This document shows positions 22,202 to 31,963 of a stretch of 64,000 nt of DNA, in pieces. A model generated the notes under the pieces. It had not been told where the DNA came from and searched no databases. It was given only the letters and a program-made list of their open reading frames with translations. Source of the stretch: Epithemia pelagica. Its lineage: Eukaryota > Protista > Bacillariophyta. Every line of letters starts with the position of its first letter. The first letter of the stretch is position 1. The translations under genes were made by a program, and so were the position numbers. The stretch lies in assembly GCA_946965045.2 (NCBI GenBank), contig OX337242.1:186001-250000 (forward strand), in the 5' to 3' direction.

Positions 22202-23227
22202 CTAGTCGATGGGATCTGAACAGCAAGAAACAGAAGGAAACACGACAATCATCACCATTGGAGCTTTTTTTCTCGTTTTCGTTGGTATTGCTTGGTTGCT
22301 ATACCGGACAAGCACATTCGATGAGGACGTTTCCTCCTTTTTCCCCTCGGTCGTGGCATCTGGCGGAGACATCTCAGTTCGAGAATCGTCATTTGCTGCC
22401 GTGGACGACACGAGTTCGTTCCAGTGTTCCTGGCCCATCCTCCAGGCTTGTGCGGCCGGGGTCCACGAAAATTCAATCACGCGAGGAATGTCCGGTTCCT
22501 TCGTGTCGTGCAGGTCGTCGTCCTGGTTGTGGTCTTGCGTTTGGGCCCATGTGCTGCTGGTCCACTGGTACATGGCATCTGTCACGGCCTGTCCCAAAAA
22601 GGTGGCATTGGGTGGGGCTCACTCTTCCACATTGTGAGTATCGACTGGGTCCTGCTGCTCCTCCTCATTGTCCTTGCCCTGTGACTCGTCGTGTACGACT
22701 CGGGGCATGGGTTTGGTTTCTTCTTCTTGGTTGTTGGTAGGACTATTACTAGTACTACTACGGGAAGGAGTGTATCCAAGCAACTCGGCCGTGGTCAGGA
22801 CGGCATCGTTCCACAAACTGGTCGTGGTAAAGTAGTAGTCATAAAAGTCGTCGTCGTCATCGTCCCCCACGACTCCATGGTCCTTGGACAAGGAGCCAGC
22901 GGAGGAATCCGTGGCCACCCAGGACCTGGTGTCGGAGGAGGAGGACGAGGAGGACGACACGGCGACCACGGGGTCCCGAAAGGAGACCGAGGAGGACGAC
23001 GACGACGTTGGTATGGTCTTTTGGTTGGTCCTTCTTTTCTGGGGAGAAGAAGACCGTCCCCGCCAGAACCGAGAGAGTCCTCGTCGATTCGAATAGCTCG
23101 TCGGCACGATCTCTTGGTTGGAGAAGGAACTTCCTGCTATTGTTTCCTCTTCGGACACTTGCTCATCATTATCATCATCTGGATGGTATGATGACTCATT
23201 CTCATCATCACTGGAGTTCTCGGGCAT
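22202..23227 (-). pseudogene. Array member split by one in-frame TGA at 22619-22621
   Basis: ORFs 22619..23227 and 22202..22597 are in the same frame and read ...HNVEE*APPNATFLGQAVTDAMYQW.... FTTTSLWNDAVLTTAELLGY lies upstream (motif 22772-22807). Confidence 0.75.
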
Positions 23228-23297
23228 TTTGGAAAGGTGTGAAGGGCAGATGAATGAGGGTTTTTGCTACGTTTAGGGACTTTCCGGTAGTCCGGGT

Positions 23298-23397
23298 GCT
23301 TGAGCGCTTGAGCTCTCAAGCAACACCCTTTCTGCGCTGGAGCTCCTCAAGCGCTTGAGAGGTCAAGCGCATGAGCGCTTGAGCGCTTGACGCTTGA
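23298..23397. promoter_or_regulatory. Cluster of nine GCTTGA/TCAAGC hexamers in the divergent intergenic region
   Basis: GCTTGA at 23298, 23306, 23353, 23377, 23385, 23392; TCAAGC at 23316, 23347, 23363; perfect palindrome ctcaagcgcttgag at 23346-23359. The regulatory role is inferred only. Confidence 0.35.
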
Positions 23398-23785
23398 CCC
23401 AGCTCTAATAATTATGCTAACGGACCATCAAACGGTCGGAATAGGTGGCCTACAATACGAGTACTCGTAGCTCTCTAGACTCTACTACCTAACCTTACAC
23501 TACTGATTTGGTCGTGTTTGGTCGCGTTACGTGATCGTGATCATAATTAGATCGCTTTCAGGTCGCATTGAAATCGGTCGCGAATCCACGTCAGGACTGA
23601 CGACACCCATTCTTTTGTTTGTCCAGGACCCTGTGGACCATGATAAACACCCGTTAGTTTTGTGGAGTAGAAACATAGAATCAGTCCAAGTGTGACGATC
23701 GTCCAACAACAAGAACAACAGGGACAGCGAGAAAGAGAGCGAGAGAGAAAGAGAGAGAAAGAGACCGAAAGAAGAGAAACAATCC

Positions 23786-26700
23786 ATGGACCAAAATGAG
23801 GACCACGACAGAGTCACACGTCGACGACCCAGTGAACCAGAGGAGGATGTGCTGACCGATGAACCGTCCATTGGTTTGTCACCATTGGAACATCCTCAAG
23901 TCCCTACCAGCCATGCAGATTCACCACTATCCTCATCCTCACTGCCCGTAGAACCGAGTCATCATCCCTACACGGACGCTTCCTGGTGGTCGCGTCTCAC
24001 CTTTGCCTGGCCGTGGCCCTTGTTGAAGCTCGGATTGGAACGACCCTTGACGCACGACGATTTACCACCCATTTTGCCCGATGATTCCTCTCGTGCCAAT
24101 CTCGAGCACTTGCAGTCCATTTATTCGCCAAACACAGTTCAACCACCACACCACCAACAACAACAATCCAACCGACCAAGGCAATCCTTGCAACGAGCCT
24201 TGTTGATCAATTTTGTCACGTCCGAAACGTGGATTTTGCAACCCTTGATTGTAATTTCCTTCATTGCCAAGGTCGTGCAAGCCGTCTGTTTGGGATTTCT
24301 CATTAATGTCTTGGAGGAGGAAAAAGACGACAATGACAAGAAGGGTGACGGATATTATTGGGCCAGTGGCATTGTACTGTCCGGGTTGGTGATTGTTTTG
24401 GAATTTCACACCTTTGCCTTTGCCAGTTGGCGCAAGGGCATGCAATACAAGATTGCGTGTACCGCCGCCTTGTTGGAAAAGATTCTCACCTTGTCGTCGA
24501 CCCATGCCGAAACCACCTTGGCCAGTACGGGTCGCATTTTGAATTTGGCCTCGAACGATGTCGAACGATTTCGCTTTGCCTGTATTTTTGGCAGTTGGTT
24601 GGTTTGGGCACCGCTGCAAGCTCTTGGCATTGGCCTGGTGGGAACGCTGTGGTTGTTGGGACCCGCCTTTGGTGTGGGTGTGGCCGTCTTGTGTTTGGGC
24701 TTTGTCCCCTTGCAAATGTATGTGTCGCATCACTTTGCCCAGTCACGGTCCCAAATTGCTCGATATACCGATGTCCGCGTCCAATGCGTCTCGCAAGCGA
24801 TACGAGGCGCCCGCGTCGTCAAAACCTTGGGCGGGGAACCGGCATGGTATGACCGCATCTCACAATTGCGACAACAGGAAGTCCAACACTTGCAAACGGC
24901 AATGCGATTGCGAGCCGCCAATGAAGCCGTCTTTTTTGCCACTAACATTGTCGTTTCCCTGGTCGTGTTGGTCGTGCACGTGTGCTGGTTCGAGTCTCGT
25001 CTCACACCCGGTGACGTCTTTGTCGTCTTTACCCTGGTCAATGTCATGCAATTGGAATTGGTCAAACATGGCTCGTTGGCACTCATGGCCGTGTCCGAAT
25101 GTCGCGTGTCGGTCCAACGCCTGCAAGACTTTTTCGAATTTCCCCAACATCCCAAAAGCACCCTTGTACGGACCGACAACGACAGGGTGGGGGAGAAGGA
25201 GGAACGAAACGGCACGAACGACCGAGCAGCAGGGTCCTCCCAGGATTCATTGGCCGGCACTGGAGGAGGAGGAGGAGTCGCCGGACTGTCACAACAAGCA
25301 CCAACATTCGACGAAGGAACATCCTCCTCCTCGGCCTTGTCCCCAAAGAAGAATTCCTTGGTGATGATTTCCCTGCAAACTGTCTCGTGTCGATGGGATC
25401 ACGTGGAACCGATTGTACCACCACCCAACCATGCCAAGGTTGCTGCGGCAAGTAGTAATACGACGAATCGTTCCGAGAAACAACCATTGGAATCCACAAT
25501 TCCCTTGGCCTTGGATAATGTGTCGATTGACTTTTCTGCCGGAACCTTGACTTGTGTCATTGGGGCCGTGGGCAGTGGCAAGAGTGCCCTCTTGTTGCTC
25601 TTGGCGCAAGAATTGGCCGTCACGGCGGGACGCGTCGTCGTCGTCGACGCGCCGAGGAACGCCTATCCAACCGTGGCCTATGCCGCTCAAGATCCTTGGA
25701 TCATGAATGGGACCTTGCAAGACAATATTCTCATGGGACGGGCGTACGAGGCCGACTGGTACCACCACGTATTAGAGTCGTGTTGTTTGCCCGTCGATTT
25801 GGCGCAATTGCCACGAGGCGATCAAACCGTCGTTGGCGATCGCGGCGTTCAATTGAGTGGCGGACAACGCGCCCGCGTTGGATTGGCCCGAGCCTTGTAC
25901 CAACGAGCCCAATTGTTGATTGCCGATGATCCCCTCTCGGCCGTCGATGCCCGCGTCGGACGACACTTGTTTCAACAGGCCCTCCAGAATACGGCTCGGG
26001 CCGGCACGTGCGTCGTTTTGGCGACCCATCAACATCAATACATTCATCACGCACGCTGTGTTCTCGTAGACAATGGGAGAATTCAGTGCATTGGATCCTA
26101 CCACGCCTGTGTGCAAGCGTCCCAGGGCACACTCAAGGAACATGAAGATGCCACTCATACCACCACATCATCAACAGTAAACGACAATACAGTACCGATA
26201 CCATCAACCACTGAAAAAGAGAACACCAGCAACAAAGAAAGTGACGAACAGGGCGATACCGCCGCTACTTCAACCGAGTGCAAGAATGAATCCACAAAGG
26301 AGAAGGCCGGCATGCCGAATGGGTCTTCTTTGGAGGATGACGGTAATGCGAAGCAGAGTAAAGCCGAGCAGGAAGAACGGAGTAAACAAGGCCTTGTTCA
26401 ATTCGAGACCTATATGCACTACATGAAGGCATTGGGAGGAATCGGCATGGTCATCTTCTTGTTAATTTTGTACACGTGTACACAAGGATCGGTTCTGGTC
26501 ACCACGGCTACCATGGCCCGGTGGGCCGAGCGGGATGCCGCCAATCAGCAAGACACGGATATTGTGGCCACGGTTTGCGCCATGTCCGCCTTGGTGGTAT
26601 TCTTATCCGTCTTTCGAGCCTTTTTCTCCTTGGAACTGACACTCAAGGCCTCGCAAACCCTCCACGATCGCATGGCCATGGCTGTGTTGCGTGCCAAGAT

Positions 26701-28189
26701 TGAATTCTTTGACACGAATCCATTGGGACGTATTTTGAATCGGTTCAGTGCCGATATTGGGATTGCCGACGATCAGCTTCCTCAAACTCTGTTTGATCTC
26801 TTTGTCATTTCCTTCATTATTTTTGGGGCCGTCCTTACCGCCCTGACAACCTTGCCCTTTGCCCTCGCCGTCTTGCCCTTTCTGATTTGGTACTTTGCCC
26901 GGGTCCGCAAGATTTTTGTCACCAGTACCCGTGAACTCAAGCGATTGGAGGGTGTGGCACGGTCGCCCATTTTTGCCATGCTCAGTGAGGCCTTGAGTGG
27001 CATTGCCACCCTTCGGGCCAATGGGTACATTTCCTTTTTTCGCCAAAAGTTTCGACACGCCCATGATTCGCACACGCGCGTCTTTTTTGCCTTTCTGTCG
27101 GCATCGCGATGGGTCGGATTCCGTATGGACTCGATTGTGTTTTTGTTCACGTCCGCCGTGAGCTTTTTGGCCGTCCTGGTCCACGAACAAGGATGGTTTG
27201 ATGTCGATCCCGCCATTCTGGGACTGGCCTTGTCCATGCTCATTTACCTGTCTGGTGTTTTTCAATGGTGCATTCGACAAAGTGCCGAAGCCGTCAACCA
27301 AATGGTGAGTGTCGAACGCATTCTCGAATTTGGAAATCTAGAACCGGAAGCAGCCCTGTATTGCAATGGCGACAATGAGCTACTCGCAAAGAATTGGCCA
27401 ATCGCCGGTAAGATTGACTATGAGGGCGTTTCGGTCCGGTACCGAGCCTCTCTGCCGTTGGCCTTGCGCCAAATCAGCTTTTCCATACCGGCGGGTGCCC
27501 GTGTGGGAGTTGTGGGGAGAACCGGATCCGGAAAAAGCACCATTGTTCAAACTTTGTTTCGTCTGTTGGAAGCAGAAGAGGGTCGGATTCTAATTGACGG
27601 TCAAGATATTTCCAAAGTCGGTTTGCACATTCTTCGCACAAAGATATCCGTGATTCCACAAGTTCCGACGTTGTTTAGTGGTTGCACCGTTCGAGATAAT
27701 CTTGACATTTTCCAACAGCACACAGACGATGAGATTCGAGCTGTGTTAGCCTCATGTCACCTGACAGAAGCTGTATCAGAACTTCCCGATGGATGGAACT
27801 CTATTGTGCTGGAAGGAGGTTCCAACTTTTCCGTGGGACAGCGCCAACTGTTATGTCTCGCGCGTGCTCTCTTGTGCCAAAACAAAATTCTGGTCCTGGA
27901 CGAGGCCACTGCTTCTGTGGATCGTCGGACGGATCAGTTACTACAACAAGCGCTTCAAGAATCCTATCAAGATGGAACTATTTTAGCAGTGGCACATCGA
28001 TTGGACACGGTGATTGACTATGATTTTATCTTGGTGCTCGGTCACGGACAAGTTTTGGAGTTTGGCTCACCTGCAGAGTTGCTCATGGATGACGACGGCG
28101 TTTTCACTCGCATGGTCAACGATACCGGAGAAGTCATGTCCGCAGCCTTGAGAGAGAAAGCATCGACGGCACCCAAGAAATCATGGTGA
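23786..28189 (+). CDS. ABC transporter subfamily C (MRP-type, short form without TMD0), 1467 aa, intronless
   Basis: TMD-NBD-TMD-NBD layout. NBD1: GAVGSGKS, LSGGQRAR, LLIADDPLSAVD, LATHQ. NBD2: GRTGSGKS, NFSVGQRQL, ILVLDEATASVD, AHRL. Also FFDTNPLGRILNRFS and N-terminal ASWWSRLTFAW. Confidence 0.97.
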   Translation: MDQNEDHDRVTRRRPSEPEEDVLTDEPSIGLSPLEHPQVPTSHADSPLSSSSLPVEPSHHPYTDASWWSRLTFAWPWPLLKLGLERPLTHDDLPPILPDDSSRANLEHLQSIYSPNTVQPPHHQQQQSNRPRQSLQRALLINFVTSETWILQPLIVISFIAKVVQAVCLGFLINVLEEEKDDNDKKGDGYYWASGIVLSGLVIVLEFHTFAFASWRKGMQYKIACTAALLEKILTLSSTHAETTLASTGRILNLASNDVERFRFACIFGSWLVWAPLQALGIGLVGTLWLLGPAFGVGVAVLCLGFVPLQMYVSHHFAQSRSQIARYTDVRVQCVSQAIRGARVVKTLGGEPAWYDRISQLRQQEVQHLQTAMRLRAANEAVFFATNIVVSLVVLVVHVCWFESRLTPGDVFVVFTLVNVMQLELVKHGSLALMAVSECRVSVQRLQDFFEFPQHPKSTLVRTDNDRVGEKEERNGTNDRAAGSSQDSLAGTGGGGGVAGLSQQAPTFDEGTSSSSALSPKKNSLVMISLQTVSCRWDHVEPIVPPPNHAKVAAASSNTTNRSEKQPLESTIPLALDNVSIDFSAGTLTCVIGAVGSGKSALLLLLAQELAVTAGRVVVVDAPRNAYPTVAYAAQDPWIMNGTLQDNILMGRAYEADWYHHVLESCCLPVDLAQLPRGDQTVVGDRGVQLSGGQRARVGLARALYQRAQLLIADDPLSAVDARVGRHLFQQALQNTARAGTCVVLATHQHQYIHHARCVLVDNGRIQCIGSYHACVQASQGTLKEHEDATHTTTSSTVNDNTVPIPSTTEKENTSNKESDEQGDTAATSTECKNESTKEKAGMPNGSSLEDDGNAKQSKAEQEERSKQGLVQFETYMHYMKALGGIGMVIFLLILYTCTQGSVLVTTATMARWAERDAANQQDTDIVATVCAMSALVVFLSVFRAFFSLELTLKASQTLHDRMAMAVLRAKIEFFDTNPLGRILNRFSADIGIADDQLPQTLFDLFVISFIIFGAVLTALTTLPFALAVLPFLIWYFARVRKIFVTSTRELKRLEGVARSPIFAMLSEALSGIATLRANGYISFFRQKFRHAHDSHTRVFFAFLSASRWVGFRMDSIVFLFTSAVSFLAVLVHEQGWFDVDPAILGLALSMLIYLSGVFQWCIRQSAEAVNQMVSVERILEFGNLEPEAALYCNGDNELLAKNWPIAGKIDYEGVSVRYRASLPLALRQISFSIPAGARVGVVGRTGSGKSTIVQTLFRLLEAEEGRILIDGQDISKVGLHILRTKISVIPQVPTLFSGCTVRDNLDIFQQHTDDEIRAVLASCHLTEAVSELPDGWNSIVLEGGSNFSVGQRQLLCLARALLCQNKILVLDEATASVDRRTDQLLQQALQESYQDGTILAVAHRLDTVIDYDFILVLGHGQVLEFGSPAELLMDDDGVFTRMVNDTGEVMSAALREKASTAPKKSW

Positions 28190-28934
28190 ATGTGAGATTC
28201 TGGTCGGAGACGAAAAGTGTTGAAGCGACTGGAGCGAGTCCTCATGTGCGACTACGGTTCGTCCGCGAGCACGCCAATGGAAAAAGAACCGTCGCGGAGG
28301 AGTTCGCATTATTTCATCACGGCATTGCGCAAAAATCATCCCGTCTTCGTCTTTTCGTGCAGGTCACCGGCTCACCTCTATCATTATTCGATATGTCTTA
28401 TTCAAGCCTCGCCATTGCGTTATTTATGGCGTTATCTCTTATCTCTCCACTCTCCATTTCATACGCTGGCTGCGAACTGCGAACTGCGAATCCCTAATCT
28501 CTGAGAAGCACGCTTCGCAAGTTCGCAAAGCATTCTGCTTCCGAGTTGCCCAAGGATACCCCATACAACATTTGCTATCTGCTATCCCTCCCATCAGTCT
28601 CCATGCGACTACTGGGAATGCACGGCAGCAAGAAACTGACCCACATTCCTGAGCGGAAACCTTCATGCCAAGGTTGGATGCCTCGTCGACAGGTCCACAG
28701 CGACTCTCCATCATCCTGCACACCCCATCGTAGCGTGATTAGAAGACCAAACACAGATATGAACGAAAATAATTAGGAGTACTGGCAAACCTCGATGCCA
28801 ATTTCAAGTTGGATGCCAAATGGTTTCTAGGGACGGTACCACACCATGTATACCCTCTCCAAGCGTGTTTATGAGAGAGTGAAGATATCCACGGACATAC
28901 ATGCGCTCACAATTCTCTTTGATCACTAATCATC

Positions 28935-29789
28935 ATGGCTATAAAACTTGGTTCAAAGAAGCTACTCAAGGCATTGGCCCGACGTAGCCGCAATTCGGTG
29001 AAGCATGAAGGTCAAGAGATGATTGAAAAGAACTGTCATGGTCCAGACAGTACTGATGTATCTTCCGCGTACTGCTCTTCCACCAAGAGCATTGTCACAT
29101 TTACAACATGCTCAGAGCGATCGCTTTCATCATGCATCACAGACTTTGAAAACGGAGATTCACCAAGTGTGGCCAAAGAACGCAAACTTTCTGTGCGGTT
29201 TGACGAAAGACGTAACAGAAGCTACAAGAGACCAGGCTCAGTATTGACTTTGGAAGAATGCGAGGAAACATGGTATAGCAAAGACGACAACTCGGCCATG
29301 AAGGTAGAGGCATCGCTTTGTGTTTGGGAACGCGTCGAATTGTATCGCACTTGGCTTGAAGAACCAACCCAAGCGATTCCAAGAAAAGGCGGGCGTTTGG
29401 CTGCTGTGAATGTCAACTCGAACAAGGAACCGGATGTGTTCAACCTAGCCTACATGAAGTGCCGAAACAACATGGAGTTATCGGATCAGGAAGTGCTAGC
29501 CCTCAAAGCCTTTTTGGACGATGATGCGACGGGATTGGAAACAAACATTCTCAAGTACTCAATAGCGTCCGTCAACCAGGACCGAGACTTTCGAAAGCAA
29601 AAGATTCTATCTTTAGTAATGAAGCGTAATCGGAGGCCACATGGCCGATCTCGGTCATCATCCCTCATCAACCAGACAAATGGTATATTGGATAACAAGG
29701 ATAATGACAAACTCTTGCGCTTGTCGCAAACAGACCGACTGTTTGCTCGGGTCCTTGCTCAAGTGCATCACGCAGTAGACCAGGAGTAG
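28935..29789 (+). CDS. Hypothetical protein of the VxF...WY...GLE type (paralog 1)
   Basis: 284-aa ATG ORF; SVRFDE, LTLEECEETWYS, FLDDDATGLET and DRLFA are shared with the gene at 31130. Confidence 0.85.
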   Translation: MAIKLGSKKLLKALARRSRNSVKHEGQEMIEKNCHGPDSTDVSSAYCSSTKSIVTFTTCSERSLSSCITDFENGDSPSVAKERKLSVRFDERRNRSYKRPGSVLTLEECEETWYSKDDNSAMKVEASLCVWERVELYRTWLEEPTQAIPRKGGRLAAVNVNSNKEPDVFNLAYMKCRNNMELSDQEVLALKAFLDDDATGLETNILKYSIASVNQDRDFRKQKILSLVMKRNRRPHGRSRSSSLINQTNGILDNKDNDKLLRLSQTDRLFARVLAQVHHAVDQE

Positions 29790-31129
29790 CTCATAGCGTG
29801 TGTAGCATCAGTTTTTGCTCACAAAGGAGATTAACTCGTCACGAAGTTCAGTATCTATCTATGGCCTTCTCTATACATAGTCCTTCGACGACGTAGCGAA
29901 GGGGAGTACAAAGAAATGTAAATGCGTGGCTGCGAAATGTGATTGACTGCACTTTCTCATCGTCCAAGCAACGCCTATGCCATGTGTAGGCATTAGGCAT
30001 TCTAACTTCCGAGGCTCATGGAACAGAACTCTTGCGGTATCTGTTCCGGAGTACGGTTGGATTTTGGTTCCACGCGCGTTGAGTTTGACCACGGCAGCTC
30101 TAACTCTACAGCTCTACTGTATATCGTATAACCAACCCGTCACGCTCTGACAGAAAAGAAGGTGAAATAATACTAGGAGTAATACGGTCAAATTACAATT
30201 ACCGTTGGCAAAAGGTAAGGGACAAGCTACGACTATATCTGTGGTATTACTAATCCAGAGCCAAAGCCTCCGACTAACACTTACCACTCACCAGTCGCTA
30301 AGCCATGCTCAACTCTTTCGCTTTACATTCTCGGTCAACATGCTGACATTAGTCATTCCCTGAGTTCTTGATTGTTAATTGATATACGGTGTACGGTGAG
30401 CGACATGCCGGCATTGTTCCAGGTCTAAAAGGTGACACCGATTGTCCTTTGGGCAACTGTGATTGACATTCCTCATCTGTCTCTTGTCTCTTGGATCGTT
30501 ACCTGCCGATCAGCTTGCAACATGATCGTAAACTCATAAATACTACACTATTTGATGGGCTACCGACCTTTGCTCCCTTGGCATTACCAACATACCTAGC
30601 ACCCCTTTTTCCAAAATGAAGAATCATCATTAACTACCCCCAGAAAAGGACGAACCCTCCCGTTACCCCCTTATGAAGAGTGTCGACGTGGTCGTAAGGA
30701 ACGTACCGCGGCAACCAGAACTGTATGTTTCTTACGTGGCCGGAGACCCCCTGATGTATGTTCCATGCCCCAAGAATGAGAATTTCGTACTATTGCTCTT
30801 ATCACTCCCACGCGCTTAACGGAGACAACATGGATCGAAAAACAAACGTATTTGTCAAGAAACGAACGCTCAGATGTATGATACTTCAGAATGTCGAAAA
30901 CAATAACTCCGAAGGCAGCCAAACAACGGTTCGATCTGTGATTGAAATTAGGGAGTGGCAGAGAAATGAGAACACTGAGAACCGACGAGGCGGTGAAACT
31001 GCGACCACATGTATACGAGGATTCTTCGCCTTGATGGATGCCTCTGTCATAATTTTGGATGTCGTCTGAACGACAACACATCGAGATCGATCCTACTGAT
31101 TCAACTTTCCACCACCAACACTCTCAACA

Positions 31130-31963
31130 ATGGCAATCTTTGGTTTGAAGAAAAGCTCCGCCTCCAACAACAAGAAGACTATGTCTCTCTCGAAAAAGTT
31201 GGCCGACAACCGACCCAAGCTCCTCCGAGATGACTTTTCTTCTTCCAGCACAACCATGTCGTCGTCTTGCTCGTCGCTGTCGCTCAGTGACTGTGACCCC
31301 GCCCAAGAGAGCACGCCCTTTCAAGTTTCCGTTACCAGAAGAAAGCCAAACCGCAAAGGACATTTGGTCTCTTTTGATGAAAGCAAGAACGTGGAGTATG
31401 CCAGACCTCACACCTCCTTGACCTTGGAAGAATGTGCAATGACATGGTACAGCTTCAAGGAGACTCGCTTCATGAAAGAGGATACCGCGTTAAGTGTTGC
31501 CAAACGATCTGATTTGTACTCCGCATGGCGTTCCTTACCTCCCAAGAAGACAAACAAGGGTGGTAACAAGCGAGGATCTGTCGTGATGAGCAACAAGAGC
31601 TCCGATCCATACTTCAACGCCTATGAAACATGCTGCAACGGATCCATGGTATCAAACGAACAAATCCGCTTGTGGAGAGAGTTTCTAGACGACGACGCTA
31701 CTGGCTTGGAAACCCTGGTATTGAAGCACACTGTCAAGAACGTGGACCAAGATAAAACGATTCGCCACAAGAAGATGATGGACCTGGTGGTCGGTGTCCA
31801 CAACAAGAGCAAGAAAACAAGCCACCGCCGGCGGAGCTCCTCGTCCTTCTCGGTTTCGTCGTTTCGTGGAGATGCAAAAGACCAGGAACAATTGTCCCTC
31901 TTGACGCGTTCCGATGCGTTGTTTGCGTTGGCGATTGGCCAACTGCAACAGCAACAACAATAG
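31130..31963 (+). CDS. Hypothetical protein of the VxF...WY...GLE type (paralog 2)
   Basis: 277-aa ATG ORF; LVSFDE, LTLEECAMTWYS, FLDDDATGLET, DALFA. Confidence 0.85.
   Translation: MAIFGLKKSSASNNKKTMSLSKKLADNRPKLLRDDFSSSSTTMSSSCSSLSLSDCDPAQESTPFQVSVTRRKPNRKGHLVSFDESKNVEYARPHTSLTLEECAMTWYSFKETRFMKEDTALSVAKRSDLYSAWRSLPPKKTNKGGNKRGSVVMSNKSSDPYFNAYETCCNGSMVSNEQIRLWREFLDDDATGLETLVLKHTVKNVDQDKTIRHKKMMDLVVGVHNKSKKTSHRRRSSSSFSVSSFRGDAKDQEQLSLLTRSDALFALAIGQLQQQQQ

Noticed and set aside
9926-22621. Stop-codon reassignment (alternative genetic code)
   Set aside because: TAG and TGA terminate clearly complete genes in this window (e.g. TGA for ABCC, TAG for the TIMP-like gene and the 28935/31130 paralogs), and long genes show no internal stops.
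28471-28528. tgcgaac repeats and inverted gttcgca downstream of ABCC
   Set aside because: Too short to distinguish from slippage; no support as a terminator or regulatory site.
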